DNA from: Paragordius varius
Taxonomy: Eukaryota; Animalia; Nematomorpha
Assembly (NCBI GenBank): GCA_964247055.1
Contig: OZ176055.1
Location: 2,790,001-2,854,000 of the forward strand
Length of the DNA: 64,000 bases
Direction: 5' to 3'
Position numbers and translations under genes: made by a program. The number at the start of each line of letters is the position of its first letter. Position 1 is the stretch's first letter. Below, in pieces: positions 27,562-40,600 of the stretch. The notes under the pieces are model-generated. The model made no database searches and was not told where the DNA came from. It saw only the letters and a list, made by a program, of their open reading frames with translations.

Positions 27562-27745
27562 GAGTATGAGTTAGTATACATTCCTAGTTTTTTATTAAAT
27601 ATTGCAAAATAGCATATTCAGAAAGGGAAATATATTTGGCTTATAATTATTTTTTTACTTACTGTTATATTAGGTAATAATAATGCTCTTTGCTGTATAT
27701 GCTATCTGATAATATTTATTGAAAAACTTGCAATGTATACTTACT
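27562..27745. mobile_element. Palindromic MITE, diverged relative of 36580-36773
   Basis: Arms gagttagtatacattcctag...ttgcaaaatagc / gctatctgat...ttgcaatgtatacttact. Confidence 0.55.
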
Positions 27746-28768
27746 AAATTTAAATTTATTTGTAAAATTTATAAATAATTGATGGTGTTATTTCAATTTT
27801 AAACTTTGCATTTTAAAACAATGCGTTTAAAAGTGTATGGCGGTTTTTTTAAAAAAAGTATGTTTTTGATTTCAATTTTACTGTAATTTATAGATTTATT
27901 TTTTTTATTTTATTTTTCTCTCTACAAAAAAGGTAATGGTTTTAAAATAATAAAACAAAACCACAATATTTATATTCATATACATATATAAAATGAAACT
28001 TTTGCATACTATAGGTTTATTCTATTACTCTCTTTAAAATTTACGGCCATCATTTTTAGGTGAATCATAATTTAGTTTTATAAACCATAACTTAGATATT
28101 AGAAAGACTTATGGGTTATCTATCGAGTAAAAAATTTTTAACTAGTGTGAGATTAATTTTATTTATTGTCAAACGTATATTTATTTCTTTAGTGATTTCA
28201 ATAAAAAGTAAAATTATGAGTTTAACTTTTTTTCACAAATATTTGAGGGAAAAATACCAAAATTTTGAAAAGATAACAAATTTATCCTATTTTTGATTTT
28301 AATATTTTTTCGGATTTTTTTATTGATTTTAGCACGTTGAAAATTAGCCACAAAAACAGTTTTAATTAATTATTTTTTGTTTTATATACACAAACACATG
28401 GTAAAAGTTTTAAGGTGTAGCTAAATAAGTGATTATAAAGAATACCCACAATCAGCTGTTTTATTTTTTATTTCTCTTATATTTTTGACCCCAATTTTCT
28501 GATTCTGAAAGCTCATCATCAAATCAATTAAAAAAGAAAGTATACCAAAAAGTACAACATTATATAAATAATTCTGATATCTTGATACTATAAAACTTTT
28601 AAATACCTTTTTACTTAAAACGAATTATTTGTTGCATTGATTTAGGGTTTTCTAAAAATTATCCATGTGAAAAATATTTGTAAACATAAAATAATTTATT
28701 AAAATGTTTTAAATGCAAAAATATTTAAAATTAAATGAAAATACATTGAAGAGGCATAATTCCTAATT

Positions 28769-28895
28769 TCAAGGATTGAACATTAATGTTTGTTCGTAAA
28801 ATAATCCAGTTAATACATCCGTTCTCATGTATATTTCGATCAGGCATTTCTTTTGATAATATTCATCGTTTTGGAAAAAGGGCATAAAAATATGC

Positions 28896-28930
<35 letters not shown>

Positions 28931-29682
28931 TTAATATTTCACTTACAATATTGCATTATAGCAATTGAAAGTGTTACTAATTACATCTCTTTACATTATT
29001 TGGAACCCCAAACGATTATAGTAATATTTAAAAAAAAATACAAAAAATTATTTGACTTTAAATTTTTATGTTTTGTCTGTAAAATTTTAATTTTCATTGT
29101 AAGTAATTGATTAATTAATGATCGATCAATCCTTTTAAAATGCCATCAAAAGGTCCAAAAATTCGATCAATCCAATGATTGTCACTTTCATTATGTAGTG
29201 ACTTATCCGCTTTACTGTCCTAATCAATTAAAATAAAAAAAAATATACATATAAGTTTTTTTAATAAAACCATATTTTTTTAACCATGAATTTTTAAAAT
29301 GTAACTTATCATTTTAAGTTGTAAAATAGGGAAATGAGATATAAATAAACTTTTATGAAAAAAATTAAGGTTTTAAAAGGTATGTCTTTATGAATGAAAA
29401 AAACATTTGTCTTTTAATTTTCACATTTTGTCTGCATAATTTTCCTTCTTACTGTATAACCGTGCGTAGTTTTAACACATATATTTATTAATAAATATCT
29501 GGCCATTACTGTTAGACGAGTGTCTTGGATTCCATATTCAGCACTAACGGAAGCGTTATAAAGCCGAAAAATTAAGCGTAAACTATTGAGTTTATAAACG
29601 GGATAATTAAAAGGCTCTTCCCACGATACCCGAAATTGGGCATGATTCAAACAAACTTGAATGTTTCTCATCAATGGATGCT
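28769..29682 (-). CDS. Putative fibronectin type III-like domain protein, last two exons; an upstream candidate exon lies at 32083-31941
   Basis: Exons 29682-29510 (phase 1-0) and 28897-28769 (phase 0, stop) give ~100 aa: EHPLMRNIQVCLNHAQFRVSWEEPFNYPVYKLNSLRLIFRLYNASVSAEYGIQDTRLT|KHIFMPFFQNDEYYQKKCLIEIYMRTDVLTGLFYEQTLMFNP*. VSW..P and the strand spacing resemble FN3; the assignment is by eye. Confidence 0.4.
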
Positions 29683-29742
29683 CTAATATAAATTTATTGA
29701 ATTATAAGTTTGATATTTATTAAAAAATGATACCATTTACAC

Positions 29743-29971
29743 CAGGGGTTCCCAAAAGGGGTACAACGCCTTCCAAGATGGGCTCGAAAAATTTGGATAA
29801 TTTTATTAAATAATGAAACTTGAAACAAATTAAAGGTTAAGAGCATCTCAGGTGCGAAAAATTATTTTAATTGCAGATACAAATATTTCATAGATTATAA
29901 TTTTTATGATATTTATATTTTGCATTTTTATTTTTGTTTTTTTTGGAAGGAGAAAAAGGTTGGAATTACTG
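29743..29971. mobile_element. hAT MITE (229 bp) inserted into another dispersed repeat
   Basis: Ends caggggttcccaa / aaaaggttggaattactg with a degenerate TSD (atttacac / attcacta). The uninterrupted host sequence accatttacacctcaaattcaccc is present at 25387-25410. Confidence 0.6.
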
Positions 29972-30513
29972 ATTCACTACTTAAATTCACCCTTGACATT
30001 CCAAATTCACCCTAAATTAAATTGTGTTTTTGAGCTAATCTAATCCTGAAAAACTATCTAACATCTAAAAATTGGGATGAAAATCTTTATTAAAAAATAT
30101 GCAGTTATAATGCAAAATTTGTGAAATTTTTTGTTAATTTAATTTTTTTATAATCATTGATAATTTGGAATATCAATTGGTGCAGGAGAAATGCCTTATA
30201 TTACCGACATTTTAAAGTTTTAAACCATTTATGTGGTATAAAAATATAAATTAAGTACCTAATTTCAGAAATTTTTCCACGGCAGTAGCTCGAACTAAAT
30301 TAAAAAATTTTATTAACATTAATTGTGTTATAAAGATTATAAAATTGAAAAATATTATTTACTCATGAATGTGTCGATTGTGGGAAACTTTAAAACATCA
30401 CGATAATTGTTGATAGAAGTATAAAAAGCAGTTGTGTGTAGAGTGTAAGGCACATATGGGTCCAAATTAGATATCTAAAAATATTTGGTAATATGTTTAG
30501 GAATATTAAAATA

Positions 30514-30685
30514 CAGTATGCATTTTAGTGGTTGCTTGTTTCACAGTATAGTTGGGCTTTTTTCAACACATTAGTGTATGAAAAGCTACAAAATAATAAA
30601 TAAACAATATTTTTCTTTCTTTATACTACTGGTTGCAAATTCCCCTAATATAGTGTGAAATAAGCACCCATTTAAATGCATACTG
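30514..30685. mobile_element. Palindromic MITE (172 bp), same family as 37052-37251
   Basis: cagtatgcattttagtggttgcttgtttcacagtatag ... tatagtgtgaaataagcacccatttaaatgcatactg. Confidence 0.65.
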
Positions 30686-31479
30686 TTATTGGTTGGATTT
30701 GAATAAAGTACAAAACGTAATAAAGACAATTTTTATAAAGACAACCATATCCTTTCAAACCCTAATTTTTCCAAATTATTTAATAAATTTGTAAAATATA
30801 TATTTAACACCTCTAGACTTTTCACTTTTGTACGCGATGACATATTGGGGTATTTTTTTCCCAGAGTACAATCTTGTGTATAAAAGTTTTAGTAAGAAGT
30901 TAATTATGAAACAGTTTTTATGTATTAGGTAAAAAATAGCTTATATTTTTTACAGTTTTGTGACTTCTAGGGTCTAAAATCAGGACAGCCCCAAAAAGCG
31001 ACTGAACGAACAGCTGATATTAAAATCAATATATATCAAGTTTTTGCTGGAAATGTAGTCTGAAAGCTAAGTTAATTATTTACATTTTCTAACAATAATA
31101 TATATTTATTTGCCTGTTGCATTAGCGATTCAAAAATTATGAACAATATGGCGGCAAAAAGTTTGAGATAAGGATTTTTTTGCAATTTTATTTTTTAAAA
31201 AAATTTTGTATAATGGCTTAAATTCAAAAGGATATATTTTGCTTCTACCTGGATATAAAAGTACGCAGCATAATATTTTAACATTGATTGGAACGGTTTT
31301 GGGATGTAGCACCAGGTTTTCTATTCCCACGGTTCCACATATTTAAGGAAAAACGGTTTGTATCAATTAACTCCGGCCGCAAATATTTTTTTCAAAGTTT
31401 TTCCCGGTTTATATTTATTTGGTCAAATGAGTCTGATTTTTACCATTTTTAAAGGTAGAGAGAGCTCAATAATTTAGAT

Positions 31480-31733
31480 CTGGGGTGTACAACGTAATGG
31501 CTTGGCGGGCAGGTTTTTTTTTGACTCAACAAATCGGCGAGCCGCATTTAAATATATATGAGCATCCACTATAATTTATTAGATTTTGAACATAAATCTG
31601 TTACAATTTTTTTCTTGCTCTTGCCAGGATAACCTCATTTAGATTTTTTTTAGAAATATCGATTTTTGTTCTGTATGTCAAAAGTGTGACCGCACATAAT
31701 GTCTCGGGAAGGCTCGTGTGTTGGACACCCCTG
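31480..31733. mobile_element. hAT (Charlie-type) MITE, 254 bp
   Basis: TIRs ctggggtgtacaac / gttggacacccctg; TSD atttagat vs gtttagat; homologous to 47236-47492. Confidence 0.8.
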
Positions 31734-32235
31734 GTTTAGATCAAGATGAATTATGACCAAAAACATTAACCATAAAACAGCAAATTTTCTGCTTGAAAAT
31801 AAGCAAACTATATCAAAATATGGTAACTATTGCTTTTAAACTAATCTCCTTGGAGCCACAAAAGGATTAAATTACAAAAGGACAAAAACGGTTTCGGCCT
31901 ATATTGATTCGTTTATAATGGGAACAAATAACATACATACATTAAAATAAGAAGTCAGTTCTCCAACAACATTGTATATAGTATTGTATGTGGTGAATCG
32001 AAATTCGTGTGAGAGTGTCTCGTTATATTGATAACCTGGAATAGTTTCAAGCGGAAGATAGTTTGCAATATGAACTGTGTACACTGCTTTGCCATTCGTA
32101 TTATTTTTTTCACTTATGGTAAAAATATTGACAAAACCATAACCATTAGTATTTTCTGCGCATTCTAATACAATATTTTACAAATTTAAATTGAATATTT
32201 TACAGTATGACTAAGTATACAATGGTAATTTTATA

Positions 32236-32651
32236 ATAACAGTTGTTAAAATCCGTAAGATAACGATAAAGGAAAGTTAAATAGAATTAAATGAAAGTAT
32301 AAATAGAAATTATAAACGATATGTGAAACCCTTTCGTCAATAGTAATCGCAGACTAGTTTCGTGCTTGTTAGCATCCATCAGTACGACACAACTATTTGA
32401 CTTGGGGTTTTCACATATCGATTTCGTATATATATCTAACTTTGCAATTTTGGTATAAGTGCAGTAGGTTATACGAATTTAAATTAAATTTAATGTAATT
32501 TATGAAAATTAAACTGAAAATTTGAAAATTCACATATCGTTTATAATTTCTATTTATACTTTCATTTAATTCTATTTAACTTTCCTTTATCGTTATCTTA
32601 CGGATTTTAACAACTGTTATTACAAAACATAACCAATCCGTTCATTACCAT
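32236..32651 (-). mobile_element. Short retro-insertion with inverted arms and a hammerhead fold; Penelope-like pseudo-LTR remnant or retrozyme-like element
   Basis: 18-bp direct repeat TACAATGGTAATTTTATA at 32218-32235 and 32652-32669; perfect 94-bp inverted repeat at 32234-32327 / 32529-32622; hammerhead-like core between the arms. Confidence 0.65.
32346..32388 (-). ncRNA. Minimal type I hammerhead ribozyme-like motif with a variant core
   Basis: Minus strand reads GUCGUA-CUGAUGG-A-UGCU(AACA)AGCA-C-GAAA-CUAGUC-UGCGAU: stem I 6 bp, stem II 4 bp, palindromic ACUAGU stem III, GUC cleavage triplet. A9/G10.1 appear swapped (GA instead of AG). Confidence 0.6.
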
Positions 32652-33263
32652 TACAATGGTAATTTTATATTAATGATTGCGAGATAGCATATATAACATA
32701 TGGAATAGTTAGATTTTTCATTTTTTACTGCTATTAGCCAGTATTAATGCTTTTGCCGTATATATAAGGTGACCAGACGTCCCGCTTTTGGCGGGACAGT
32801 CCCGCTTTTTCACACTTTGTCCCGCGTCCCGCTAGGTTTTTAAAATGTCCCGCTTTTTCACGATTATATAAAAAATTTTTTAAATACAAATAGATTTTTT
32901 TTATCCGTTTAAATTTTATATCTTTAAATATCTTTAAAATCTATATAAATTTTAAATTAAATTTTTTTATTTTATTAAAAATATTTATTTTTTTTTCGAA
33001 TTTATATCATATGATTATACACTTTCCTTCCTACTACTACTGTCATCATTATCAAAAAGCCAAGTTAATACCACAAATCTCTAGATTAAAAGACAAATTG
33101 ATACCACAAATCGGTACCTTACACGTTTATTCCAGAAATTTATTACTTGCCAACATTATTAAAAAGCCAAATTAATACCACAAATCGGTAGCTTAAAAGA
33201 CAAATTGATACCACAAATCGGTACATTACACGTTATTTATTATACTAATAGTAGTTTATAAAT

Positions 33264-35075
33264 ATGAGCACAAAAAGAGGTTGTAAATTCAACGATGAAT
33301 TAATGAAAGATTTTCCTTTTATCAAAAAAACGAAGAATGAATCATCTGTTAAATGTCTTATATGCGAGGGGGAATTCACCCTAGCACATGGCGGCAATGA
33401 TATTACAAAGCATATGGAAACACAGAAACAAAAAAATGTTTAGATATGGCGGCATCATCTTACAAAATTACCGATTTTTTTCGAAAAACCGCTTATGGAG
33501 AGGAAGAAAAGAATTTGGCACTAGCTGAGGGCGTGTTATCTTTTCACGCCGTTAATCACAATCATTCCTTTATTTCTATGGACTGTAGCTCTCAGGTTAT
33601 TCGCACGTTATTCCATAATAAATATACTGCCCATACAAAGGCTGAAGCCATTGTGTGCAATGTCCTTTCGCCACATGCATTTTCTGAAATACAAAAAGAT
33701 TTGCTGAAAATTAATTTCTTATCCCTATACTCTGATGCATCAAATCACCATGAAACAAAATTATTTCCCACTTTAATAAGATATTTTGATTCAGAAACCG
33801 GCGTAAAAATTAAAATTTTAAATTTAATTTATCTACCCGGTGAAGATTCCGAAATAATATTTACTTCAATAATGCATATTCTAGAAAAAAATAATTTAAA
33901 AGACAAAATTATCGCATATTGCGCTGACAACACCAATACGAACTTTGGTGGAAAAGCAAGGAGGGGAACAAAAAATATTTTTTATAAATTAACAGATAAT
34001 CTTAATCAAAACATTATTGGCGTTGGGTGTGCAGCGCATATAATACACAACGCTATTCAAACAGCTGCTGATTTGTTACACCTAGATGTGGAAAATGTAG
34101 TTGTTAAAATATATTCCTATTTTTATATATACACGGTACGTTTTGAAACGCTTAAAGAATTCTGTGAAAATGTAGAAGTTTAATATCAAAAAATGCTTGG
34201 ATATTGTGAAACTCGTTGGTTGGCTTTTATGCCAGCTATCAAAAGAATTTTAAAAATGTATGATCCTTTAAAATCTTTTTTTTATCACAGGACAAATGTC
34301 CTACAACTTTAAAAAAGTTTTTTGAAAGTGATTCTAAAATATGGTTAAAATTCTAACAAAACCAAGCTTCTCTCTTTCAAAATGTTATTAAATTTATAGA
34401 AGGTGACAAAATTTCGGCAATCGAAGTAGTGAAGTTAGTTACCGAAAATTCCAATGTCAAGAACGGTTAAAAAATAATTTTATACCATTAACCATCCGCA
34501 ATATAATAAATAATTTAGAAAAACAAGGCTAAATAAATTGCCAAGATATCCTGTACCATATAAAAATGTTTTATACAAACTGTAAAGATTATTTGGATGG
34601 ACGACGCAATTAAATGAAATTGATCCATATCATTGGATAATATTAAAATCAGAATTTAATTGGTGCGATGTTCAAAAATCATTTGATTATATCTGCTCCA
34701 ATCTTTCAGAAATCCGAAGTATCATTAGTTAAAAGATATATTAATAATGAAAAACATAAATTATGGACAAAAGAAAAATATACAGTAGAAAAGAAATGGT
34801 TGGAAATATTTCATCATTTTGAAACAAACAATGTTCTATACAATAATTTTTAAAAATTGTGGGATTCCTATCTTTACCTGGAACCAACGCTGCTACTGAG
34901 CGCGTTTTTTCAGTAAATCAGGTGTGGACATCGGAAAAATCAAATTTAATGTTGAAACTTTAAAAGCCATTTTATCTATCAAATATAATTTGACAAATTC
35001 TTGTGAAGACTTCTACAACATTCTAAAAAATGATGACAATCTGAACCCATTCACTCAAACAAAAAATATACCAAA
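33264..35075 (+). pseudogene. hAT transposase pseudogene (BED finger, DDE domain, dimerization domain)
   Basis: Starts MSTKRGCKFNDELMKDFPF..KCLICEGEFTLAHGG..H; then YSDASN, YCADNTNTNFGG, GCAAHIIHN, ETRWLAF, SLPGTNAATERVFS, WTSEKS. Several frameshifts and in-frame stops are present (e.g. near 33440 and 34183). Confidence 0.92.
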
Positions 35076-35124
35076 GAAAAATATTTTCTTATATTTATAA
35101 AGTTTTTGTGTTAAAAAATAAACA

Positions 35125-35905
35125 AAATTACTTAAAATATTGTATAAGTATTCATAATTTGTCAAACTATATTTGAACACATAAAATGGCTTTTATTCAA
35201 CATTTAAATATGATTCCGTGTCCTTACCTATTTACTGTGGAAAAACGCGTTCAATAGCAGTGGTTCAGGTAAAGATAATTCAAATTCTACAATTAAAATA
35301 TTATTGTATGGAACATAATTTGTTTAAAAATGATTATTTTAACCATTTCTATCCTACCTATATTTTTATGTTGTCCATAATATAAGTTTTCATTCAATAT
35401 ATTTATTTAATAATGAGACTTCATAAAAAAGTGTCATTGTGCACCGTCTTGTCTTCCAAATAATCGTTTCTGTTTGTATAAAACATTTTTATATTCTGGC
35501 TATTCATTGAGCCTTGTTTTTCTAGATGCTTTATAATATTGCGATTAGGTAATGGTATAAAATTATTTTCTAAAGTTTTTTGACTTGGATTTTTGACCTT
35601 TGTCCTGTGATAAAAATAGGATTCTAGGAGATCACATTTTTATAAATATTTCCATCGCTGGCAAAAGAGCTAACCAACAGTTCTACAATATCCAAGCATT
35701 TTAACATCTATATTTTCCACATCCAGGGGTAACAAATCAGTAGCTGTTTGAATAGAGTTGTGTATCTGCCAATAATGTTTTGATTAAGATTATTCGCTAA
35801 ATTGTTAAAAATATTTTTTGTGCCGCTTCTTGCATCACCCAGCGCACTTTTGTGATGATTTCGTCTTTATTATTTTTTTTCTAAAATATTACAATCACTT
35901 CACCC
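35125..35905 (-). repeat. Inverted, multiply deleted copy of the same transposase (mirrors ~33835-35035)
   Basis: Reverse-complement matches include the perfect 25-mer 33997-34021 vs 35768-35792, tgcttggatattgt 34194-34207 vs 35685-35698, and atctttacctg(g)aacc 34870-34885 vs 35262-35276. The blocks are collinear but reversed. Confidence 0.85.
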
Positions 35906-36579
35906 TTTGTTCGTGCACATGTAAATTGAATAAGGTACAAACAACCTGTAAGGTACAAATTTTTTAATATTTATGTATTTGTGTTAAAAATAAATAAATA
36001 TTACAATAAATTTTTTGTATAAAAATTTTTTGGTTGTACTCCCCAATGACCCCCCCTTATCAGATTTGTCCCGCTTTTTCCTTCAAAAAATCTGGTCACC
36101 TTTATATATGATATCAGGCAATATTAATAAAAAACTAACAATGTATATTTTACTCATAATCTACCTTACATTATTAGTGTTTAATACCGGTGTTTAGGAT
36201 TGAAATTAATAAAACTCCAAAAATTATTCAATCATTTTGCAAACCTGTTTATCAATATTGTCTAATTTCTATTTTCTACAACTTTAATATAAAAACAAAA
36301 ATGAAAAATGGTTTTGTGGATCAATCATTAGGTTAGGCCATATCCTCTTATTAATTCACATTCTTGATAAAGTATTAGCGAAATTGATGAGATCTGATTT
36401 GATATATATAGGTACGCACCATTATTATACGTAACATATTACTGAAAATGTATTATAAAAATCATATTTTATTTGGGTATCAGGATAAAATATCTGATTT
36501 TTAAATAGTAAATTTAGTACAAGTCAGGAGAAAATTAATTTTTATAAAACATGGTCCTAATGAACAAAACTCTATATTA

Positions 36580-36773
36580 CAATATGGATAAGTATACATT
36601 GCTAAAAAGTTATTAATTAATGCCAAATAGTAAATACAAAAAAGGGCAGTATTATTGGCTTTAAGTTATTTTTTTCATTTTTCGCAATTAATATTCAATA
36701 ATACTGCCCTTTGTTGTATTTCCTATTTGGCAATATCTAATAACTTTCTAGCAATGTATACTTACTCACACTG
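36580..36773. mobile_element. Palindromic MITE (194 bp, TA-flanked)
   Basis: ~70-bp arms taagtatacattgctaaaaagttatta...aaagggcagtattattg / caataatactgccctttg...ctagcaatgtatactta. Confidence 0.75.
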
Positions 36774-37051
36774 TAAATTATTATACTTACGATATATGTT
36801 TAAAATAAATTATATACTATAATTGCTGGTGGATATTGTAGAATAACATACTATCCAGGATAGTATAAATACTAATAAGCTATTTAACATTTTAGACAAA
36901 ACAAAAAATTACGATTGCTATTACTAATATACTTGAATAATAAATAACCTTTTTAAAGTTTGCTGAACTTTTAATTTTACAAAATATGCTTGCATTGGTT
37001 AGTTAATTTTTTTATACATGTATTATTGATTATTATAAATTAAACTATTTA

Positions 37052-37251
37052 CAGTATTCATTTTAATGGCTTTCACACTATAGTTAGGCAATATGCAACA
37101 CAGTAATATAGGGAAAAAAATCATTTGAATTAAAATAGGTAATGTAAGGAACGAAAAAAATTATTTTTTTAACATTTCGTGTGTTTTTATAAGCTTATTG
37201 TGTTGCAAATTCACCAACTAAAGAAATAAGCAACTATTAAAATGCATACTG
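37052..37251. mobile_element. Palindromic MITE, same family as 30514-30685
   Basis: cagtattcattttaatggc...gcaacaca / tgtgttgc...ttaaaatgcatactg. Confidence 0.6.
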
Positions 37252-37628
37252 TTATAAGAAAATATTTTTGTAACTAAAACTCTTATTAAACGGCTATGAA
37301 AATGTCCGGATAGGAAAGTTTATAACTTAATAATAGTTTTCTTTGATGAGGAGTTATAGAGGAATGCGTTTAAGAATTTTTTAAATTTCCATATTTCTTA
37401 CAGATCCATTTTGTTTTAAAAAAACTCTTAATCAATAAATATCAAAGTTAGGTTAGGTTAGCTCTTTCCTATTTTTGGAATAACTGGTCAAAAAAGATAA
37501 ACAGTCTAATGCTTATCAAAGCAGTGCAGTTAATTATTAGAAGTAACCAAAAAATACAGAATTAACAAATTAGTTTTCATTGATCAATGTTATAACATCT
37601 ATATATTTATAAAAATGGAAAATGCTGG

Positions 37629-40600
37629 CTTTGTGATCTGGTACAGGAAAACCGGTAGACCCAATCAAATCCAAATATAGAAAAAATATAATAATTAATG
37701 AATGCCCCGACAATAGCTTCGCCCTTTTTTTGAAATAGGCCCCCAGTTCGGGCCCACCCCGTATAAAAAACGGGTTTTTTTTGAAAACAGAAGTCCACAA
37801 AAATCGTGTCTACAATTTTCCGGAGAACGTGTTGGACCATTCAATTTTAAATATGATTATTGTTTACTTATTTTCGATTGCGCCGAACATAGCCGAGCCA
37901 CTTTTTTGATTTAGGCCCTCTTTTTACCCGCTGCCCCCGTAAAAGGCCACCCTTTTCAAAAAACAAAGTCCACAAAAATAATTTTTTAAATCGATTTTTC
38001 GCCCTAGGTATGAGTCCGTAAAAATTCTATATGGATTCCACGTATTCCCTGTTAAAAGGCAAAAATTTTAGTCTACCGTTTATTTGATGATAGCTGCTGG
38101 GTAAGGAGCTACCCGCTAAAAACTGATTTTTCATATAACTTTGTGATCTGTTTCCGGAAAACCGGTGAACCCAATCAAATCCTAACATCGAAAAAATTTA
38201 ATCATTAATGAATGTCCCGACAATAGCTTCGCCCTTTTTTGGAATTAGGTCCCCAGTTCGGGCCCACCCCGTGTGAAAAATAGGTTAAGTCAATTTTTTG
38301 GAGAACGTGTTGGACCATTCAATTTCAAATATGATTTTTGTTTACTTATTTTTGATCGCGCTGAACATAGTCGACTCACTTTTTTGATTTAGGCCCTCTT
38401 TTTACCCGCTACCCCCGTAAAATGCCATTTTTTTCAAAAAAAACAAAGTCCACAAAAATATTTTTTTGATTGTATTTTTTTGCCCATGGTATGAGACTGT
38501 AAAAATTCGAGAAAGATTTTTCGTATTGCCTGTTAAAAGGCAAAAATTTTAGTCAAGCGTTTCCTTAATGATAGATGCTGAGTAAGGAGTATCTATCATA
38601 TGTATAGCATGTTAAAAGATATATGGATATTAATACATTATTTATGGTAATCTATATATTTATAAAAATGGAAAATGCTGGCTTTGTGATCTGGTACAGG
38701 AAAACCGGTAGACCCAATCAAATCCAAATATCGAAAAAATATAATAATTAATGAATGCCCCGACAATAGCTTCGCCCTTTTTTTGAAATAGGCCCCCAGT
38801 TCGGGCCCACCCCGTATAAAAAACGGGTTTTTTTTGAAAACAGAAGTCCACAAAAATCGTGTCTTTGAGACAATTTTCCGGAGAACGTGTTGGACCATTC
38901 AATTTTAAATATGATTATTGTTTACTTATTTTCGATTGCGCCGAACATAGCCGAGCCACTTTTTTGATTTAGGCCCTCTTTTTACCCGCTGCCCCCGTAA
39001 AATGCCATTTTTTTCAAAAAACAAAGTCCACAAAAATAATTTTTTAAATCGATTTTCCGCCCTAGGTATGAGACCGTAAAAATTCAATAAAGATTCCACG
39101 TATTCCCTGTTAAAAGGCAAAAATTTTAGTCCACCGTTTATTTGATGATAGCTGCTGGGTAAGGAGCTACCCGCTAAAAACTGATTTTTCATATAACTTT
39201 GTGATCTGTTTCCGGAAAACCGGTGAACCCAATCAAATCCAAACATCGAAAAAATTTAATCATTAATGAATGCCCCGACAATAGCTTCGCCCTTTTTTGG
39301 AATTAGGTCCCCAGTTCGGGCCCACCCCGTGTGAAAAATGGGTTAAGTCAATTTTTTGGAGAACGTGTTGGACCATTCAATTTCAAATATGATTTTTGTT
39401 TACTTATTTTTGATCGCGCTGAACATAGTCGACTCACTTTTTTGATTTAGGCCCTCTTTTTACCCGCTGCCCCCGTAAAATGCCATTTTTTTCAAAAAAC
39501 AAAGTCCACAAAAATAATTTTTTAAATCGATTTTCCGCCCTAGGTATGAGACCGTAAAAATTCTATATGGATTCCACGTATTCCCTGTTAAAAGGCAAAA
39601 ATTTTAGTCCACCGTTTATTTGATGATAGCTGCTGGGTAAGGAGCTACCCGCTAAAAACTGATTTTTCATATAACTTTGTGATCTGTTTCCGGAAAACCG
39701 GTGAACCCAATCAAATCCAAACATCGAAAAAATTTAATCATTAATGAATGCCCCGACAATAGCTTCGCCCTTTTTTGGAATTAGGTCCCCAGTTCGGGCC
39801 CACCCCGTGTGAAAAATGGGTTAAGTCAATTTTTTGGAGAACGTGTTGGACCATTCAATTTCAAATATGATTTTTGTTTACTTATTTTTGATCGCGCTGA
39901 ACATAGTCGACTCACTTTTTTGATTTAGGCCCTCTTTTTACCCGCTGCCCCCGTAAAATGCCATTTTTTTCAAAAAACAAAGTCCACAAAAATAATTTTT
40001 TAAATCGATTTTTCGCCCTAGGTATGAGTCCGTAAAAATTCTATATGGATTCCACGTATTCCCTGTTAAAAGGCAAAAATTTTAGTCTACCGTTTATTTG
40101 ATGATAGCTGCTGGGTAAGGAGCTACCCGCTAAAAACTGATTTTTCATATAACTTTGTGATCTGTTTCCGGAAAACCGGTGAACCCAATCAAATCCTAAC
40201 ATCGAAAAAATTTAATCATTAATGAATGTCCCGACAATAGCTTCGCCCTTTTTTGGAATTAGGTCCCCAGTTCGGGCCCACCCCGTGTGAAAAATAGGTT
40301 AAGTCAATTTTTTGGAGAACGTGTTGGACCATTCAATTTCAAATATGATTTTTGTTTACTTATTTTTGATCGCGCTGAACATAGTCGACTCACTTTTTTG
40401 ATTTAGGCCCTCTTTTTACCCGCTACCCCCGTAAAATGCCATTTTTTTCAAAAAAAAACAAAGTCCACAAAAATATTTTTTTGATTGTATTTTTTTGCCC
40501 ATGGTATGAGACTGTAAAAATTCGAGAAAGATTTTTCGTATTGCCTGTTAAAAGGCAAAAATTTTAGTCAAGCGTTTCCTTAATGATAGATGCTGAGTAA

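Larger units (their letters stand above)
32766..36102 (+). mobile_element. hAT transposon (Blackjack/Tip100-type ends), ~3.3 kb, defective
   Basis: 12-bp TIRs AAGGTGACCAGA / TCTGGTCACCTT; repeated subterminal GTCCCGC/GCGGGAC motifs at both ends; inserted in TA-repeat context (TATATAT on both sides, exact TSD length ambiguous). Confidence 0.9.
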
